A stretch of DNA of 64,000 nt from a virus, in IMG/VR virus record IMGVR_UViG_3300025466_000012, positions 96,001-160,000 of that record. One strand, 5' to 3'. Every line of letters begins with the position of its first letter. Position 1 is the first letter of the stretch. The notes below the pieces were generated by a model that saw only the letters and a program-made list of their open reading frames with translations, did no database searches and was not told the origin of the DNA. Position numbers and translations under genes: made by a program. Below are positions 28,412-37,372 of the stretch, in pieces.

Positions 28412-28893
28412 TGAGCAATCAGGCCGACGGACGCAACAGCCGTGACATGATCAACGGCAATGTGTTGGTTGAATTTATCAACCGAAACGTGACTGCTTAC
28501 CCAACCGAGGTCAGCGGTCCGTCATTTGATCTGGTTCCTGTGGCTCAGCAGAAGGACATCATGATCAATGTGGCCAGAATGCACGCCCGACAGGAATACA
28601 ATCGCATCATGGAACTGGTGGCTGTGCTACAGCGACAGGCCACCGAAGTGTACAAAAGATTGGACATAACTGATCTGGTACATGCCGCACACTACGAGTT
28701 CCAGATCTATCATGGTCAGTGCTACTGGCTGGCACGAGATCTTGCGCACGGTGGTACCTTGCTGACTCAGACCGGTCCAGACGAATGGACCACGTCCAAA
28801 CCTGCCAATTGGGAATATGTGTGTAGAGTAAAATGGCTGGGTGACTACACCTGGATTGAAGTTGACACCAATGGCGAAAGTGTGTTAAAATAA
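28411..28893 (+). CDS. DUF2452-like protein
   Basis: YPTEVSGPSF...QEYNRIMELV...AHYEFQIYHGQCYWL. Confidence 0.6.
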   Translation: MSNQADGRNSRDMINGNVLVEFINRNVTAYPTEVSGPSFDLVPVAQQKDIMINVARMHARQEYNRIMELVAVLQRQATEVYKRLDITDLVHAAHYEFQIYHGQCYWLARDLAHGGTLLTQTGPDEWTTSKPANWEYVCRVKWLGDYTWIEVDTNGESVLK

Positions 28894-28896
28894 CTT

Positions 28897-29148
28897 ATGA
28901 CCGGACACAATACATTTGAACAGCTGGTGGCATTTGCAGACCCTGTTTCGGGCACGACACGCCCACCCATCACTCGGTCCCAATACGATGAATGGAAACG
29001 ACAGTTTTCGTTTGATGCCTTGGCTGGTTTGCGGTACGGACAGAGTTTTTGCAACAGATTTGGTATAACCGATAACATCCTGTATTATACCATGCATGTG
29101 CCGGCCGATTGCGATCGATATATAGAAACGCGGTACCTAGAAAAATGA
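28897..29148 (+). CDS. hypothetical protein
   Basis: 83 aa, GLRYGQSFCNRFGI motif. Confidence 0.65.
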   Translation: MTGHNTFEQLVAFADPVSGTTRPPITRSQYDEWKRQFSFDALAGLRYGQSFCNRFGITDNILYYTMHVPADCDRYIETRYLEK

Positions 29149-29555
29149 TAGATTCTGCCACGTTATATTTTGCTTACGGAGCCAACATGGATGTGGATGC
29201 CATGTCATGGCGTTGTCCAGATGCACGGCCCAGAGGTGTGTTCCTGCTGAACAATTGGCAACTGAACTTCTACTGCCATGCCACCATACAACCATGCAAG
29301 GGTTCGGCCGTGGCCGGAGTGCTGTGGGCTCTCACACCCGACTGTGAAGCCCGGCTGGATCGATTTGAAGGTTATCCTGACTATTATACCAAGCGCACCT
29401 GGCATCAGGACGGACAATGGATCATGTTCTACGAAATGACTGATCCCAAAACTGGTCGACCCAGTACCGGCTATGTCGACAACATAGCTCAAAGCTATCG
29501 CAACTGGCGCTTGCCCATGGATCGATTACAGGTGGCCTTGCATGACCTTGCTTGA
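29145..29555 (+). CDS. gamma-glutamylcyclotransferase (AIG2-like) family protein
   Basis: LYFAYGANM, GVLW, LDRFEGYP..Y. Confidence 0.85.
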   Translation: MIDSATLYFAYGANMDVDAMSWRCPDARPRGVFLLNNWQLNFYCHATIQPCKGSAVAGVLWALTPDCEARLDRFEGYPDYYTKRTWHQDGQWIMFYEMTDPKTGRPSTGYVDNIAQSYRNWRLPMDRLQVALHDLA

Positions 29556-29778
29556 CCCAGTCCACATGATCGGCGACGCCGATGGCTTTGCTCATGCACA
29601 GGAAATAGTCAAACCCCGTGGTCAACTTGAAATCATACTGGAATGGGCCAAACAGAATCTGGAAAAAGAATGGCGTTGGCAGTTGATCGAAACCAGCAGC
29701 AACCATCGCCCTGGCCGATATATTTTCTATTTTGATTCAGAACGCGACTATTTGGCATTTGTGCTCAAATGGAGTTGA
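29542..29778 (+). CDS. hypothetical protein
   Basis: Ends FYFDSERDYLAFVLKWS, the same small-protein pattern as 3739-3969. Confidence 0.7.
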   Translation: MTLLDPVHMIGDADGFAHAQEIVKPRGQLEIILEWAKQNLEKEWRWQLIETSSNHRPGRYIFYFDSERDYLAFVLKWS

Positions 29779-29803
29779 CCTCAAATGCCAGATAGCTTAT
29801 AAT
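29775..29803 (+). promoter_or_regulatory. sigma70-type early promoter
   Basis: TTGACC-17-TATAAT. Confidence 0.85.
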
Positions 29804-29825
29804 ATACATATATTAAGGAATCGTT

Positions 29826-30164
29826 ATGTCAGACAACGAAATTGAATTATTGGGTCAACGCATAGAAACAGCACATCGCCAGTTGCAACAGGGTGCCACT
29901 GAGTGGGCCAGAAACTACTGGAGCCAAGTGATCGATCAGCTGACACGTCAATGGCGTGCCAGTTCGGCCAACAATCAAGGCCAGGCCTTGGGCCCCGGCA
30001 ACAACAGATGGACCATAGATCGAGATTTTATAGATACATGTTCGGGACTGGAACCCGACCCGATCAGCAGATCACTGAAACGCATCATGTCCGCAATTTC
30101 ACAGTCAGGGTTGTCCGACAGCTGGGAACGTGCGCGAAATAGACAACTGACCGGAGGTGGGTGA
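29826..30164 (+). CDS. hypothetical protein
   Basis: ORF behind promoter and AAGGA RBS. Confidence 0.7.
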   Translation: MSDNEIELLGQRIETAHRQLQQGATEWARNYWSQVIDQLTRQWRASSANNQGQALGPGNNRWTIDRDFIDTCSGLEPDPISRSLKRIMSAISQSGLSDSWERARNRQLTGGG

Positions 30165-30343
30165 TGCAACAAAAAATCATCAGACCGGGCAGTTATTGGG
30201 CCAGCGCAGACGGTAAAGAATTTGAAGTAAAACATGTACAGGACAACGTGGTCTGGTATCAGAATCGCGAAAATGTTTACTCGTGTTTGATCGAAGCATT
30301 CCAACATAGATTCACTGAAAGGACCAATCATGACCGAGGATAG
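30161..30343 (+). CDS. hypothetical protein
   Basis: 60 aa, GGAGG RBS, GTGA coupling. Confidence 0.65.
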   Translation: MMQQKIIRPGSYWASADGKEFEVKHVQDNVVWYQNRENVYSCLIEAFQHRFTERTNHDRG

Positions 30344-30521
30344 ACAGATGGTAGCACAGGCAGTACTGGATGGAGTGATCAGTGCCGATTACTTGACCGA
30401 CAGCGAGTTGGAGGCTATCGAAATACGAGTACAGGAATTCTGCATGCAACGAGAAATGGATGCAGCAGAATCTCGAGGATTATCAGTGTTCGACGGGGTT
30501 GACGGCGACCCGGTCCACTAA
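30330..30521 (+). CDS. hypothetical protein
   Basis: 63-aa acidic ORF, AAGGA RBS. Confidence 0.6.
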   Translation: MTEDRQMVAQAVLDGVISADYLTDSELEAIEIRVQEFCMQREMDAAESRGLSVFDGVDGDPVH

Positions 30522-30529
30522 ACTCAATG

Positions 30530-30780
30530 GTGCCGGGTGATTCCGGCTAGTGTGATCCGCACGATAACTGGCCTAATCAGTCAGGGATGGTTCCCGACAA
30601 ACCCTATCGGGCGCTGGCAATGCGTAACGGACGCCTCGAGAGCGGATGAGGTTTGGTTTTTATGGTCGCTGACTCTTATCAGAGAACCGACTACTTGTGG
30701 TCTTGCCGCAAGACCACAGAGAATGCAAACAATAGTACCGCCGGGCGTCGCAGAGCATGCATGTTGCAAATACGCAACAC
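30530..30780. ncRNA. candidate structured non-coding RNA (family unassigned)
   Basis: ~250-nt intergenic stretch with consecutive hairpins, including a perfect 10-bp stem (30696-30718), GCCGG/CCGGC (30532-30547), CCCGA/TCGGG (30593-30611) and TGTTGC/GCAACA (30762-30779). Confidence 0.45.
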
Positions 30781-30782
30781 GA

Positions 30783-30811
30783 TTGACACAAATAGATTGT
30801 TGTTATATACT
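30783..30811 (+). promoter_or_regulatory. sigma70-type promoter for the HNH-HNH-ABC/GNAT operon
   Basis: TTGACA-17-TATACT. Confidence 0.8.
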
Positions 30812-30840
30812 GTAGTTCTTGTCAACTAAAAAGGTGCGTT

Positions 30841-31446
30841 ATGTTTGAATCTACCAAACCCAATTCTTATAACGAAAACAGAAAAGCCAATATAAAAAAT
30901 CACAATCTTCCTATTTTACAATTTATGTATATGGGAGATTCAACTAAAACACTAGAATGTCTTATAACTAAAACCCCTGGTTTTATAAATGTACCAGACC
31001 TGGTCACAGGCAACAACAAACTTAGATTCAGATTGGATTTCAATCATATCAGACAAAAAGAATCAGGCTCTAGTTCTGCTGGATTTTCTCTCGATAAAGG
31101 CCACCGAGCCCCGAGCGGTATTTTTAGAGAAACTAAATTTGATAACTTTTATTCAAATCACGCATACCTTTACGAGTTCATGTGTATAATGCCAATTTGT
31201 ACCGAGTATCATTCGTATATCAGTCAAGATAGCGCCAAAGGCAATATAACACTACAGAATTACAAAAAGGAGTGTTGGTCTTGGATATTGAAAACACCAG
31301 CCAATTATAAAAATTTTTGCAAGACTTTTAATTTGAATGGCATAAGTTACCAGGAAATAATTGATCATCTTAGCGATATCAATCATGCCCCGATTCACGA
31401 GAGACTAACGTACAATCTCAAAGATGGTAGTTATACATTAAAATGA
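30841..31446 (+). CDS. HNH-like (His-Me finger) nuclease-like protein
   Basis: LEC...LDFNHI...EFMCIMPICTEYH resembles C..LEFHH..E..C..LC..CH. About 30% GC in sampled lines. Confidence 0.5.
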   Translation: MFESTKPNSYNENRKANIKNHNLPILQFMYMGDSTKTLECLITKTPGFINVPDLVTGNNKLRFRLDFNHIRQKESGSSSAGFSLDKGHRAPSGIFRETKFDNFYSNHAYLYEFMCIMPICTEYHSYISQDSAKGNITLQNYKKECWSWILKTPANYKNFCKTFNLNGISYQEIIDHLSDINHAPIHERLTYNLKDGSYTLK

Positions 31447-31994
31447 ATCTACAAGAATCTCTCAATCGTTTCACCAATGCCAACTATCCTAGAGTCAAGC
31501 GTAGCTCGGCTACCCATACCGAAAGTTTGGCCATTGCAGTAATCGAACTTGATCGCTTGGTCGCACTGTACAAAAATGAACATACTCCACAGACTGCCAG
31601 ATTGTTGCGTGACAGCATGGATCACTGGATCCGACGTTATCATGGCTATGTGATTGGTGGAGGCATACGCTCGCATTACCGTGAATCTGGTGTAGATTTA
31701 AAAAATTGTATTTTTGAACATGTGATTCCAGCGGCCAAAGTGCGTGACATGCTGATACAAGGTGTATTGACCACTGCCCAGGCTTTAAACACTCCTACTT
31801 GTTTTATCAGTAAACCCAATGATCAACTGTTGCGTAAACACCGACGTGTAAGTTCAAGCCCCAATTACTGGAAGTTTTTTGAGCGATATGACATTTTTGA
31901 TGCCAGCACCGAGTTTGTCACGCACGATGGTCACCTGATCAATTGTGATCAATGGACATTACAAGATCATTTCAACTTATTTGGAATTGTATGA
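31443..31994 (+). CDS. HNH-like protein (EHVIP type)
   Basis: CIFEHVIP...TCFISKPNDQLL...FFERY, ATGA coupling on both ends. Confidence 0.5.
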   Translation: MNLQESLNRFTNANYPRVKRSSATHTESLAIAVIELDRLVALYKNEHTPQTARLLRDSMDHWIRRYHGYVIGGGIRSHYRESGVDLKNCIFEHVIPAAKVRDMLIQGVLTTAQALNTPTCFISKPNDQLLRKHRRVSSSPNYWKFFERYDIFDASTEFVTHDGHLINCDQWTLQDHFNLFGIV

Positions 31995-33043
31995 GCTACC
32001 TAGACCAAATACGAGCCAAGTACGATATCCGAGACTACAAAGAACAGGCTGTCACTGTTCCCAAGTTGCCCGATGATGGAATCATACTCATAGTGGGCAC
32101 ATCAGGATCGGGCAAAAGCACGATCCTACGCACCTTGGGCGACCGACAAGCACATTTTGATCCTGAAACAACTGTGATTGAAAATTTCTCTACTGCCCAG
32201 CGTGGTGAGGAACTGCTGTTGGCCACCGGCTTGCGAAGCATACCCACTTGGTTTCGCTCACCCACAACACTCAGCAATGGTGAACGTCACAGATTTGAAA
32301 TGGCTCTTTGTATTGATCAAGGCATCACAACTATAGATGAATTTACGTCAGTGGTCGACCGAGACACAGCCAAGAGCTTGGCCTACAGCATGCGACAGTA
32401 TTATGATAGATCGGGCCAGACCGAACCGCTTTACATCGCGTCGTGTCACAGAGACATCATTGAGTGGTTGGATCCTGAGTGGGTCTATGACACAGATCTC
32501 TGTGTGTTGGAAAATCGGAGGTTACCCCATCGATTGGGGAGACCCAGTCTTGCCCTCACCATCCGCAGCACAAGTATCAAGTATTGGCGATATTTCGGTC
32601 GACATCATTATCTAGACACCAAAATCTCAAAAAGTGCTCATTACTATGTGCTCATGCTGGGTGACAAACCCATTGGCTTCCATGCTGCCATACATTCGAC
32701 CAACCGAGACATCCACAGTTACTGGCGCGGGCACAGGACTGTGATCTTGCCCGAGTTTCAAGGCATGGGCATAGGCACTGCATTTTCGGATGCCATTGCT
32801 GAAATCTATGTCAGCCGCGGATTCAGATACTTTTCAAAGACTGCTCATCCGGCCTTTGGTGAACATAGAGAACGCAGTCCCTTGTGGCGTGCCACGTCCA
32901 CCAACAAAAAATCTCGATTGGGCAGTTATCTACTCAAGGACGGCAGTATCAGGGCCATGCCCGGCTATGGAGGCAATGCAGAAATCGCCCGTAGAGATGC
33001 TGGTCGTGTGTGTTACAGTCACGAGTATATCGGCAAAAAATAA
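31991..33043 (+). CDS. ABC-type ATPase fused to C-terminal GNAT acetyltransferase
   Basis: Walker A GTSGSGKS, signature LSNGERHR, Walker B TIDEF, H-loop SCH, then RTVILPEFQGMGIG. Confidence 0.85.
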   Translation: MSYLDQIRAKYDIRDYKEQAVTVPKLPDDGIILIVGTSGSGKSTILRTLGDRQAHFDPETTVIENFSTAQRGEELLLATGLRSIPTWFRSPTTLSNGERHRFEMALCIDQGITTIDEFTSVVDRDTAKSLAYSMRQYYDRSGQTEPLYIASCHRDIIEWLDPEWVYDTDLCVLENRRLPHRLGRPSLALTIRSTSIKYWRYFGRHHYLDTKISKSAHYYVLMLGDKPIGFHAAIHSTNRDIHSYWRGHRTVILPEFQGMGIGTAFSDAIAEIYVSRGFRYFSKTAHPAFGEHRERSPLWRATSTNKKSRLGSYLLKDGSIRAMPGYGGNAEIARRDAGRVCYSHEYIGKK

Positions 33044-33044
33044 C

Positions 33045-33073
33045 TTGCTATATCAGTGAAAACACTATATAAT
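33045..33073 (+). promoter_or_regulatory. sigma70-type promoter
   Basis: TTGCTA-17-TATAAT upstream of rubrerythrin. Confidence 0.7.
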
Positions 33074-33105
33074 CATTGTTGTAACTTTAACACAAGGAGG
33101 AGCAT

Positions 33106-33543
33106 ATGGCTCAATTAAAAGGTAGTAAGACACACGAAAATCTCAAAGAAGCATTTGCTGGAGAATCAATGGCCAATCGCAGATATTTGTATTTCGCGAA
33201 CCAGGCCGACATTGCAGGTGCCAATGATGTGGCATCTTTGTTCCGTAGCACAGCCGAAGGCGAGACTGGACATGCACACGGTCACATGGAGTTCTTGATC
33301 GAAGGTGGCGCAGGCGAACCTGGCACTGGCTTGCCGGGCCGCAATCCGCAAGAAGCACTGGAAGCAGCGGTACACGGCGAAACACACGAGTACACCGACA
33401 TGTATCCAGGCATGGCCAAAACAGCTCGCGACGAAGGATTTGACGAAATCGCCGACTGGTTTGAAACTTTGGCCAAGGCCGAGCGTAGCCATGCCAATCG
33501 CTATACCAAAGCCCTGGACGTTTACAAGTCCGAAAACAGTTAG
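33106..33543 (+). CDS. rbr: rubrerythrin (short form, no rubredoxin domain)
   Basis: [57 protein letters not shown]. Confidence 0.93.
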   Translation: MAQLKGSKTHENLKEAFAGESMANRRYLYFANQADIAGANDVASLFRSTAEGETGHAHGHMEFLIEGGAGEPGTGLPGRNPQEALEAAVHGETHEYTDMYPGMAKTARDEGFDEIADWFETLAKAERSHANRYTKALDVYKSENS

Positions 33544-33598
33544 GCATAATGTGTACAGGCCAGTCAACAAAATCACGGTACAAGGCGTTATATACTGT

Positions 33599-33904
33599 AT
33601 GAAATACTTTTTTGTACTGTTTTTGTTGTTGGCCGCTCCGGCACATGCCCTGGATCATCTGCAGGTGGTCAAGACTGCCACACGATCACACATCAAGATA
33701 TCATTGCCAAGATCGTTACGGCCAGTCTTGATCTGCCAGGCCGATGACGACGACGGGGATGATGATCAACTGGACGTGCAAGTGGCCTATCGCAGGCCCG
33801 ACCTGATTGAAAACAGCGAACTGTCGTTGTCGGACTATGTCAAATTGAGATTGGACAATGCTCGCAGATTGGCTTTGTTAGAACACCACAAACACTGGGG
33901 CTAA
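33599..33904 (+). CDS. exported hypothetical protein
   Basis: Signal peptide (APAHA), acidic DDDDGDDD tract. Confidence 0.6.
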   Translation: MKYFFVLFLLLAAPAHALDHLQVVKTATRSHIKISLPRSLRPVLICQADDDDGDDDQLDVQVAYRRPDLIENSELSLSDYVKLRLDNARRLALLEHHKHWG

Positions 33905-33916
33905 GTACTAGCACCC

Positions 33917-34813
33917 ATGCAACGATATCATACCATACAGCTGGATCCTGCCACCAGCCAGCCTGTACTAGAAAAATGGCAACACTATCCAGCTCCCACA
34001 CTGGAGATCACCACCATTGTGCCCGAAAAGGGCTGTGTGGTTGACTGTGTGTTCTGTCCACAACGGTTGCTGGAAAAGACCTATACCGGCACCAGGATCC
34101 TGACTCTGGATGCTTTTAAAACCCTGATCGATCGTGTGCCCACGGATGTGAGAATCACGTTTGCTGGCTTTACCGAACCCTGGATGAACCGCTATGCCAC
34201 CGACATGGTGGAATATGCCTGGGAAGAAGGTCATCCGGTCAGCGTTTTTACCACTGGCATTGGTGTCAGCATACAAGACCTTGAACGCTTGGTCACTATA
34301 CCTTATCATGGCAATCCCAATGGTGGATTTGTGTTGCACCTGCCTGACAGCGAAATGCTGGCACGACATCCGATCACGCCTGGCTACATCACCACCCTGA
34401 CCTGGTTGCGAGACAACCATCATAAAATTAAAAATTTCAGTACCATGACCATGGGCGGCCAAGTACACGAATCTGTGCGCCATTTGTTTGACTGGGCTCC
34501 CAGCTTTGACATGTGGAGTCGATCCGGCAATCTCATGCGAGAAGCCTTGCTCAAACCCAGACTGGTCAATCTCAAGGATAGGTGGAACGCGGTATATCAC
34601 GAGGATCAAAACAGGACCTGTGGTTGCGTGGAACATTTGTATCACAATGTGCTGTTGCCCAATGGCGATGTGAGCCTGTGTTGCATGGACTACGGACTTG
34701 ACCATATATTGGGAAATCTGTACACCCAGACCTATGAACAAATCATACCCGTGGCGCAGAGTTGCCACGATCTTTGCAACTACTGTGAAAACGGTGTGAA
34801 TCCAGTCAAATAA
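33917..34813 (+). CDS. radical SAM protein with C-terminal SPASM domain
   Basis: CVVDCVFC, FAGFTEPW, C...VLLPNGDVSLCCMDY...GNL...CxxCxxC. Confidence 0.88.
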   Translation: MQRYHTIQLDPATSQPVLEKWQHYPAPTLEITTIVPEKGCVVDCVFCPQRLLEKTYTGTRILTLDAFKTLIDRVPTDVRITFAGFTEPWMNRYATDMVEYAWEEGHPVSVFTTGIGVSIQDLERLVTIPYHGNPNGGFVLHLPDSEMLARHPITPGYITTLTWLRDNHHKIKNFSTMTMGGQVHESVRHLFDWAPSFDMWSRSGNLMREALLKPRLVNLKDRWNAVYHEDQNRTCGCVEHLYHNVLLPNGDVSLCCMDYGLDHILGNLYTQTYEQIIPVAQSCHDLCNYCENGVNPVK

Positions 34814-34828
34814 CCCAAAGGGCATGAC

Positions 34829-34960
34829 ATGAAAGTACAGAAACTGATCAAAAAATTAAATCGGGCCGAAGTCGAACACAATCTTGAGCGAGTCAAGAAA
34901 CTGTGGTTCCGGTTGCTGAAAAAGAGCCTCAAGCACAAAAATACCGGATCTGCACAGTAG
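34829..34960 (+). CDS. 43-aa basic protein (not in ORF track)
   Basis: MKVQKLIKKLNRAEVEHNLERVKKLWFRLLKKSLKHKNTGSAQ fills the gap between rSAM and RimK. Confidence 0.55.
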   Translation: MKVQKLIKKLNRAEVEHNLERVKKLWFRLLKKSLKHKNTGSAQ

Positions 34961-34965
34961 GCCTT

Positions 34966-35850
34966 ATGACAGTATTGATCTTGACCAAACTGGATCGCAA
35001 CGAATACGAAAGCAATCGCCTGATTGAAAGCTTCAAAGCCAAAGGAATCGAGTGCATGGCTGCGCACCCAGACGACTTTGATATCGTGGTTGATCGAGAC
35101 ATACACAGAGGCATCAAATATCGTGGACAAGATCTGGCTTTGCCCAAGCTGGTCCTGGTGCGACTGGGAGCTGGCATCTTGCCGTTCCAGCTGGCCGTGA
35201 TACGACATTTTGAACAGGCCGGAGTACCTTGCGTAAACGGAAGTCTGCCAATCGAAATTGTCAAGGACAAATTGCGAAGCAGCCAGATCTTGAGCCGTGC
35301 CGGTATACCCATACCCAATACCATGATGGTGCGTATGCCCATCGATGATGGCCTGGTCAAGGAAAATATTGGATTTCCCTGCGTGGTCAAGGTGGTCACT
35401 GGTTCATACGGAGAAGGAGTTTATCTGTGTGAACGACAGCGCGACTATAGGAAGCTGATGGAGTTCATCGACAATCTGGGCAACAAAAAAACCATGATAG
35501 TACAACGGTACATGGGATATCGACCAGGCGAAGATCTACGTGTGTTGGTCATAGGCGGCAAAACTGTAGGAGCCATGCTCCGTACTGCGCCTGATGGTGA
35601 CTTCCGAGCCAATATCACCAATGGCGGCTCCGGCAGCCGTTATGACATGACCGAAGAAATCGATTATCTGGCACGAGAAACAGCCCGGGCCATGAATCTG
35701 GACATAGCTGGAATTGATCTTTTGTTCACCGAGACCGGATTTGTGGTGTGTGAAGCCAACAGCAATCCGGGATTTGCCGGATTTGAAAACTATTGTGACG
35801 TGGATGTGGCCGATCTCATAACTGACTATGTACGTTTCAAGATACAATAA
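34966..35850 (+). CDS. rimK: RimK-family ATP-grasp alpha-L-glutamate ligase
   Basis: DKLRSSQIL...IPIPNT, VVKVVTGSYGEGVYL, GEDLRVLVIGG, DFRANITNGG, CEANSNPGFAG. Confidence 0.9.
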   Translation: MTVLILTKLDRNEYESNRLIESFKAKGIECMAAHPDDFDIVVDRDIHRGIKYRGQDLALPKLVLVRLGAGILPFQLAVIRHFEQAGVPCVNGSLPIEIVKDKLRSSQILSRAGIPIPNTMMVRMPIDDGLVKENIGFPCVVKVVTGSYGEGVYLCERQRDYRKLMEFIDNLGNKKTMIVQRYMGYRPGEDLRVLVIGGKTVGAMLRTAPDGDFRANITNGGSGSRYDMTEEIDYLARETARAMNLDIAGIDLLFTETGFVVCEANSNPGFAGFENYCDVDVADLITDYVRFKIQ

Positions 35851-35873
35851 TATAGATACGACTGCCACAGGAT

Positions 35874-36818
35874 ATGTCTGAAATCAATTCTGTATGTGAT
35901 CGCCTGGTCTATCACATGAGACCTGCAGGTCTCGGAATCATCATCATTGAACTCAGTGTGTTGTTGGACACCGGACGAGCCATACAGGCTGTGGTCCCTA
36001 CCGCCAATCACCTGTTGTATGATTTGAAACGTATTTTCAAGATCACCGATGACAGACTGATTATTTCACATGATCCTGACAGTGTCAATGATCCGGCCAG
36101 CTGTGACCGGATGAAAGATTATTCACCTTATTTTACCGCAGACTCAGTGAACTTGTTTGGCCAGGACTACCGGGTGGGACAACGCAACAAACCCTGTGTG
36201 GGCTTGGCCATGCATCATGCCGGCGGGCATATTGGCAACAACAATGGTGATCCGTTGGGCGAGCTGAGAGACGTCAAAGATTTTCCTTACAACAAATTTG
36301 CCACCTATGACACTTACAGCCGTATCATCAAATTGGTGACCGATATGGGCTATGACATAATCACACTCAACAGTCACAATGTGAGTCTCGAACACAAGGC
36401 TCAGTTGCTGAACAATCTATGTGATGTGGTGATCGGTTACGAAGGCGGAGTCATGCAACTGGCCCACACCTTGAAGGTGCCGGCCATTGTTTTGCCCTGG
36501 GCAGCCTGGATCGATGGACACACTTCGTGGAAAGATGGTTCTCCCTGGGACCCTGATCGCATAGAAGCACACACCTATCATCTGGATCGGCGCACCTATT
36601 TCCCGAACAGCCAAGAAGAAATCTGCTCATGGGGTCCAGAACAGTTAAAATCGATCATAGATGCACTGTATCGGGAGCAAGGCAACAACATAATGTTCAC
36701 AGACCGTGTACGCACAGATCTGGAAAATCTCAGATTCTATCTGGACGGAACTCCGGAATTTTTGGGGGAATTGCCCGACATGACCAAGTCATTCATCCGT
36801 GCCCATATACTGAATTAA
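35874..36818 (+). CDS. glycosyltransferase-like protein (GT9/GT-B type)
   Basis: CDVVIGYEGGVMQLAHTLKVPAIVL matches the GT9 C-terminal motif. Confidence 0.6.
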   Translation: MSEINSVCDRLVYHMRPAGLGIIIIELSVLLDTGRAIQAVVPTANHLLYDLKRIFKITDDRLIISHDPDSVNDPASCDRMKDYSPYFTADSVNLFGQDYRVGQRNKPCVGLAMHHAGGHIGNNNGDPLGELRDVKDFPYNKFATYDTYSRIIKLVTDMGYDIITLNSHNVSLEHKAQLLNNLCDVVIGYEGGVMQLAHTLKVPAIVLPWAAWIDGHTSWKDGSPWDPDRIEAHTYHLDRRTYFPNSQEEICSWGPEQLKSIIDALYREQGNNIMFTDRVRTDLENLRFYLDGTPEFLGELPDMTKSFIRAHILN

Positions 36819-36840
36819 TCTGTTGTAAAAACACAACAGA

Positions 36841-36869
36841 TTGACCGAAATAGCATAATCGGTTATAAT
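36841..36869 (+). promoter_or_regulatory. early promoter (repeated family)
   Basis: TTGACC-17-TATAAT with CGGTTATAATAG core. Confidence 0.85.
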
Positions 36870-36875
36870 AGCAGT

Positions 36876-37106
36876 ATGAATACCAATAATGTAGCCACAA
36901 AAATCAAATGGACTGCCACCGCGATCACTCTAGCAGGTGCGGTACTGGCCAGTGTAAATATCTACCCTCTCAGTGCTGTGACACTAAATCTGGGCAGTTT
37001 TGTCTTCCTGATCTGGAGCGTCATGATACGCGACCGAGCCATGATCACGGTAAATGGCGGACTGTTGGCAATCTATACCGTTGGTCTGGCTATCAAACTG
37101 TTGTAA
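36876..37106 (+). CDS. small membrane protein
   Basis: Three hydrophobic helices, IKWTAT...NIYP motif. Confidence 0.75.
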   Translation: MNTNNVATKIKWTATAITLAGAVLASVNIYPLSAVTLNLGSFVFLIWSVMIRDRAMITVNGGLLAIYTVGLAIKLL

Positions 37107-37124
37107 ATATGCAACAGACTTTTT

Positions 37125-37180
37125 GGTTGACCCGAAATGACATTTCGGTTATAATAGTAGTATAGTTAATAACAAGGAGC
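37125..37180 (+). repeat. 56-bp promoter/operator/RBS direct repeat, copy 1
   Basis: Identical to 37746-37801. Contains TTGACC-17-TATAAT, the palindrome CCGAAAT-GAC-ATTTCGG and AAGGAG. Confidence 0.95.
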
Positions 37181-37186
37181 AATAAA

Positions 37187-37357
37187 ATGACGGTAAAAGA
37201 AATGATCGAAGCATTATCCAAGTTACCAATGGACGCTGAGTTGATCATCACAGAAGAAGGTTACTATTCCTATACAGCTTATACGGATGCTTTTTTTCCC
37301 GAGAAATACAAAGATGGAAAGTCTTATGTAATCGGCCATTCTACACAAGATTATTAA
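37187..37357 (+). CDS. 56-aa hypothetical protein (not in ORF track)
   Basis: MTVKEMIEALSKLPMDAEL..., directly behind the cassette RBS. Confidence 0.75.
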   Translation: MTVKEMIEALSKLPMDAELIITEEGYYSYTAYTDAFFPEKYKDGKSYVIGHSTQDY

Positions 37358-37372
37358 GATAGCGAGAGAGAA

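Noticed and set aside
30526-30547. tRNA-like ...CCGGC-ACCA end on the minus strand
   Set aside because: No T-loop (TTCRA), D-arm or anticodon arm. It is only a simple hairpin.
30638-30660. Group II intron domain V-like GAGAGCGGATGAGG
   Set aside because: No complementary 3' arm, no GUGYG/AY ends and no RT/maturase.
30687-30740. Group I intron P7 (GACTA at 30689 with TAGT at 30733)
   Set aside because: The partner reads TAGTA rather than TAGTC, so the G-binding pair is missing. P3/P8 order does not fit, and no gene is interrupted.
30762-30779. Third PhaR-type operator (TGTTGC-AAATAC-GCAACA)
   Set aside because: The spacer is 6 nt rather than 3 nt and there is no lipid-related gene nearby. 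Treated as a hairpin of the RNA candidate.
30537-30815. 92-aa plus-strand ORF in the track
   Set aside because: No RBS, no recognisable motifs, and it runs across the promoter of the next operon. A non-coding interpretation is preferred but not proven.
33968-34825. Long antisense ORFs (285 aa here; also 40776-41549, 13311-13997, 26279-26929, 48563-49237, 53947-54591)
   Set aside because: Shadows of well-supported sense genes, with no motifs or RBS. Expected from codon bias.
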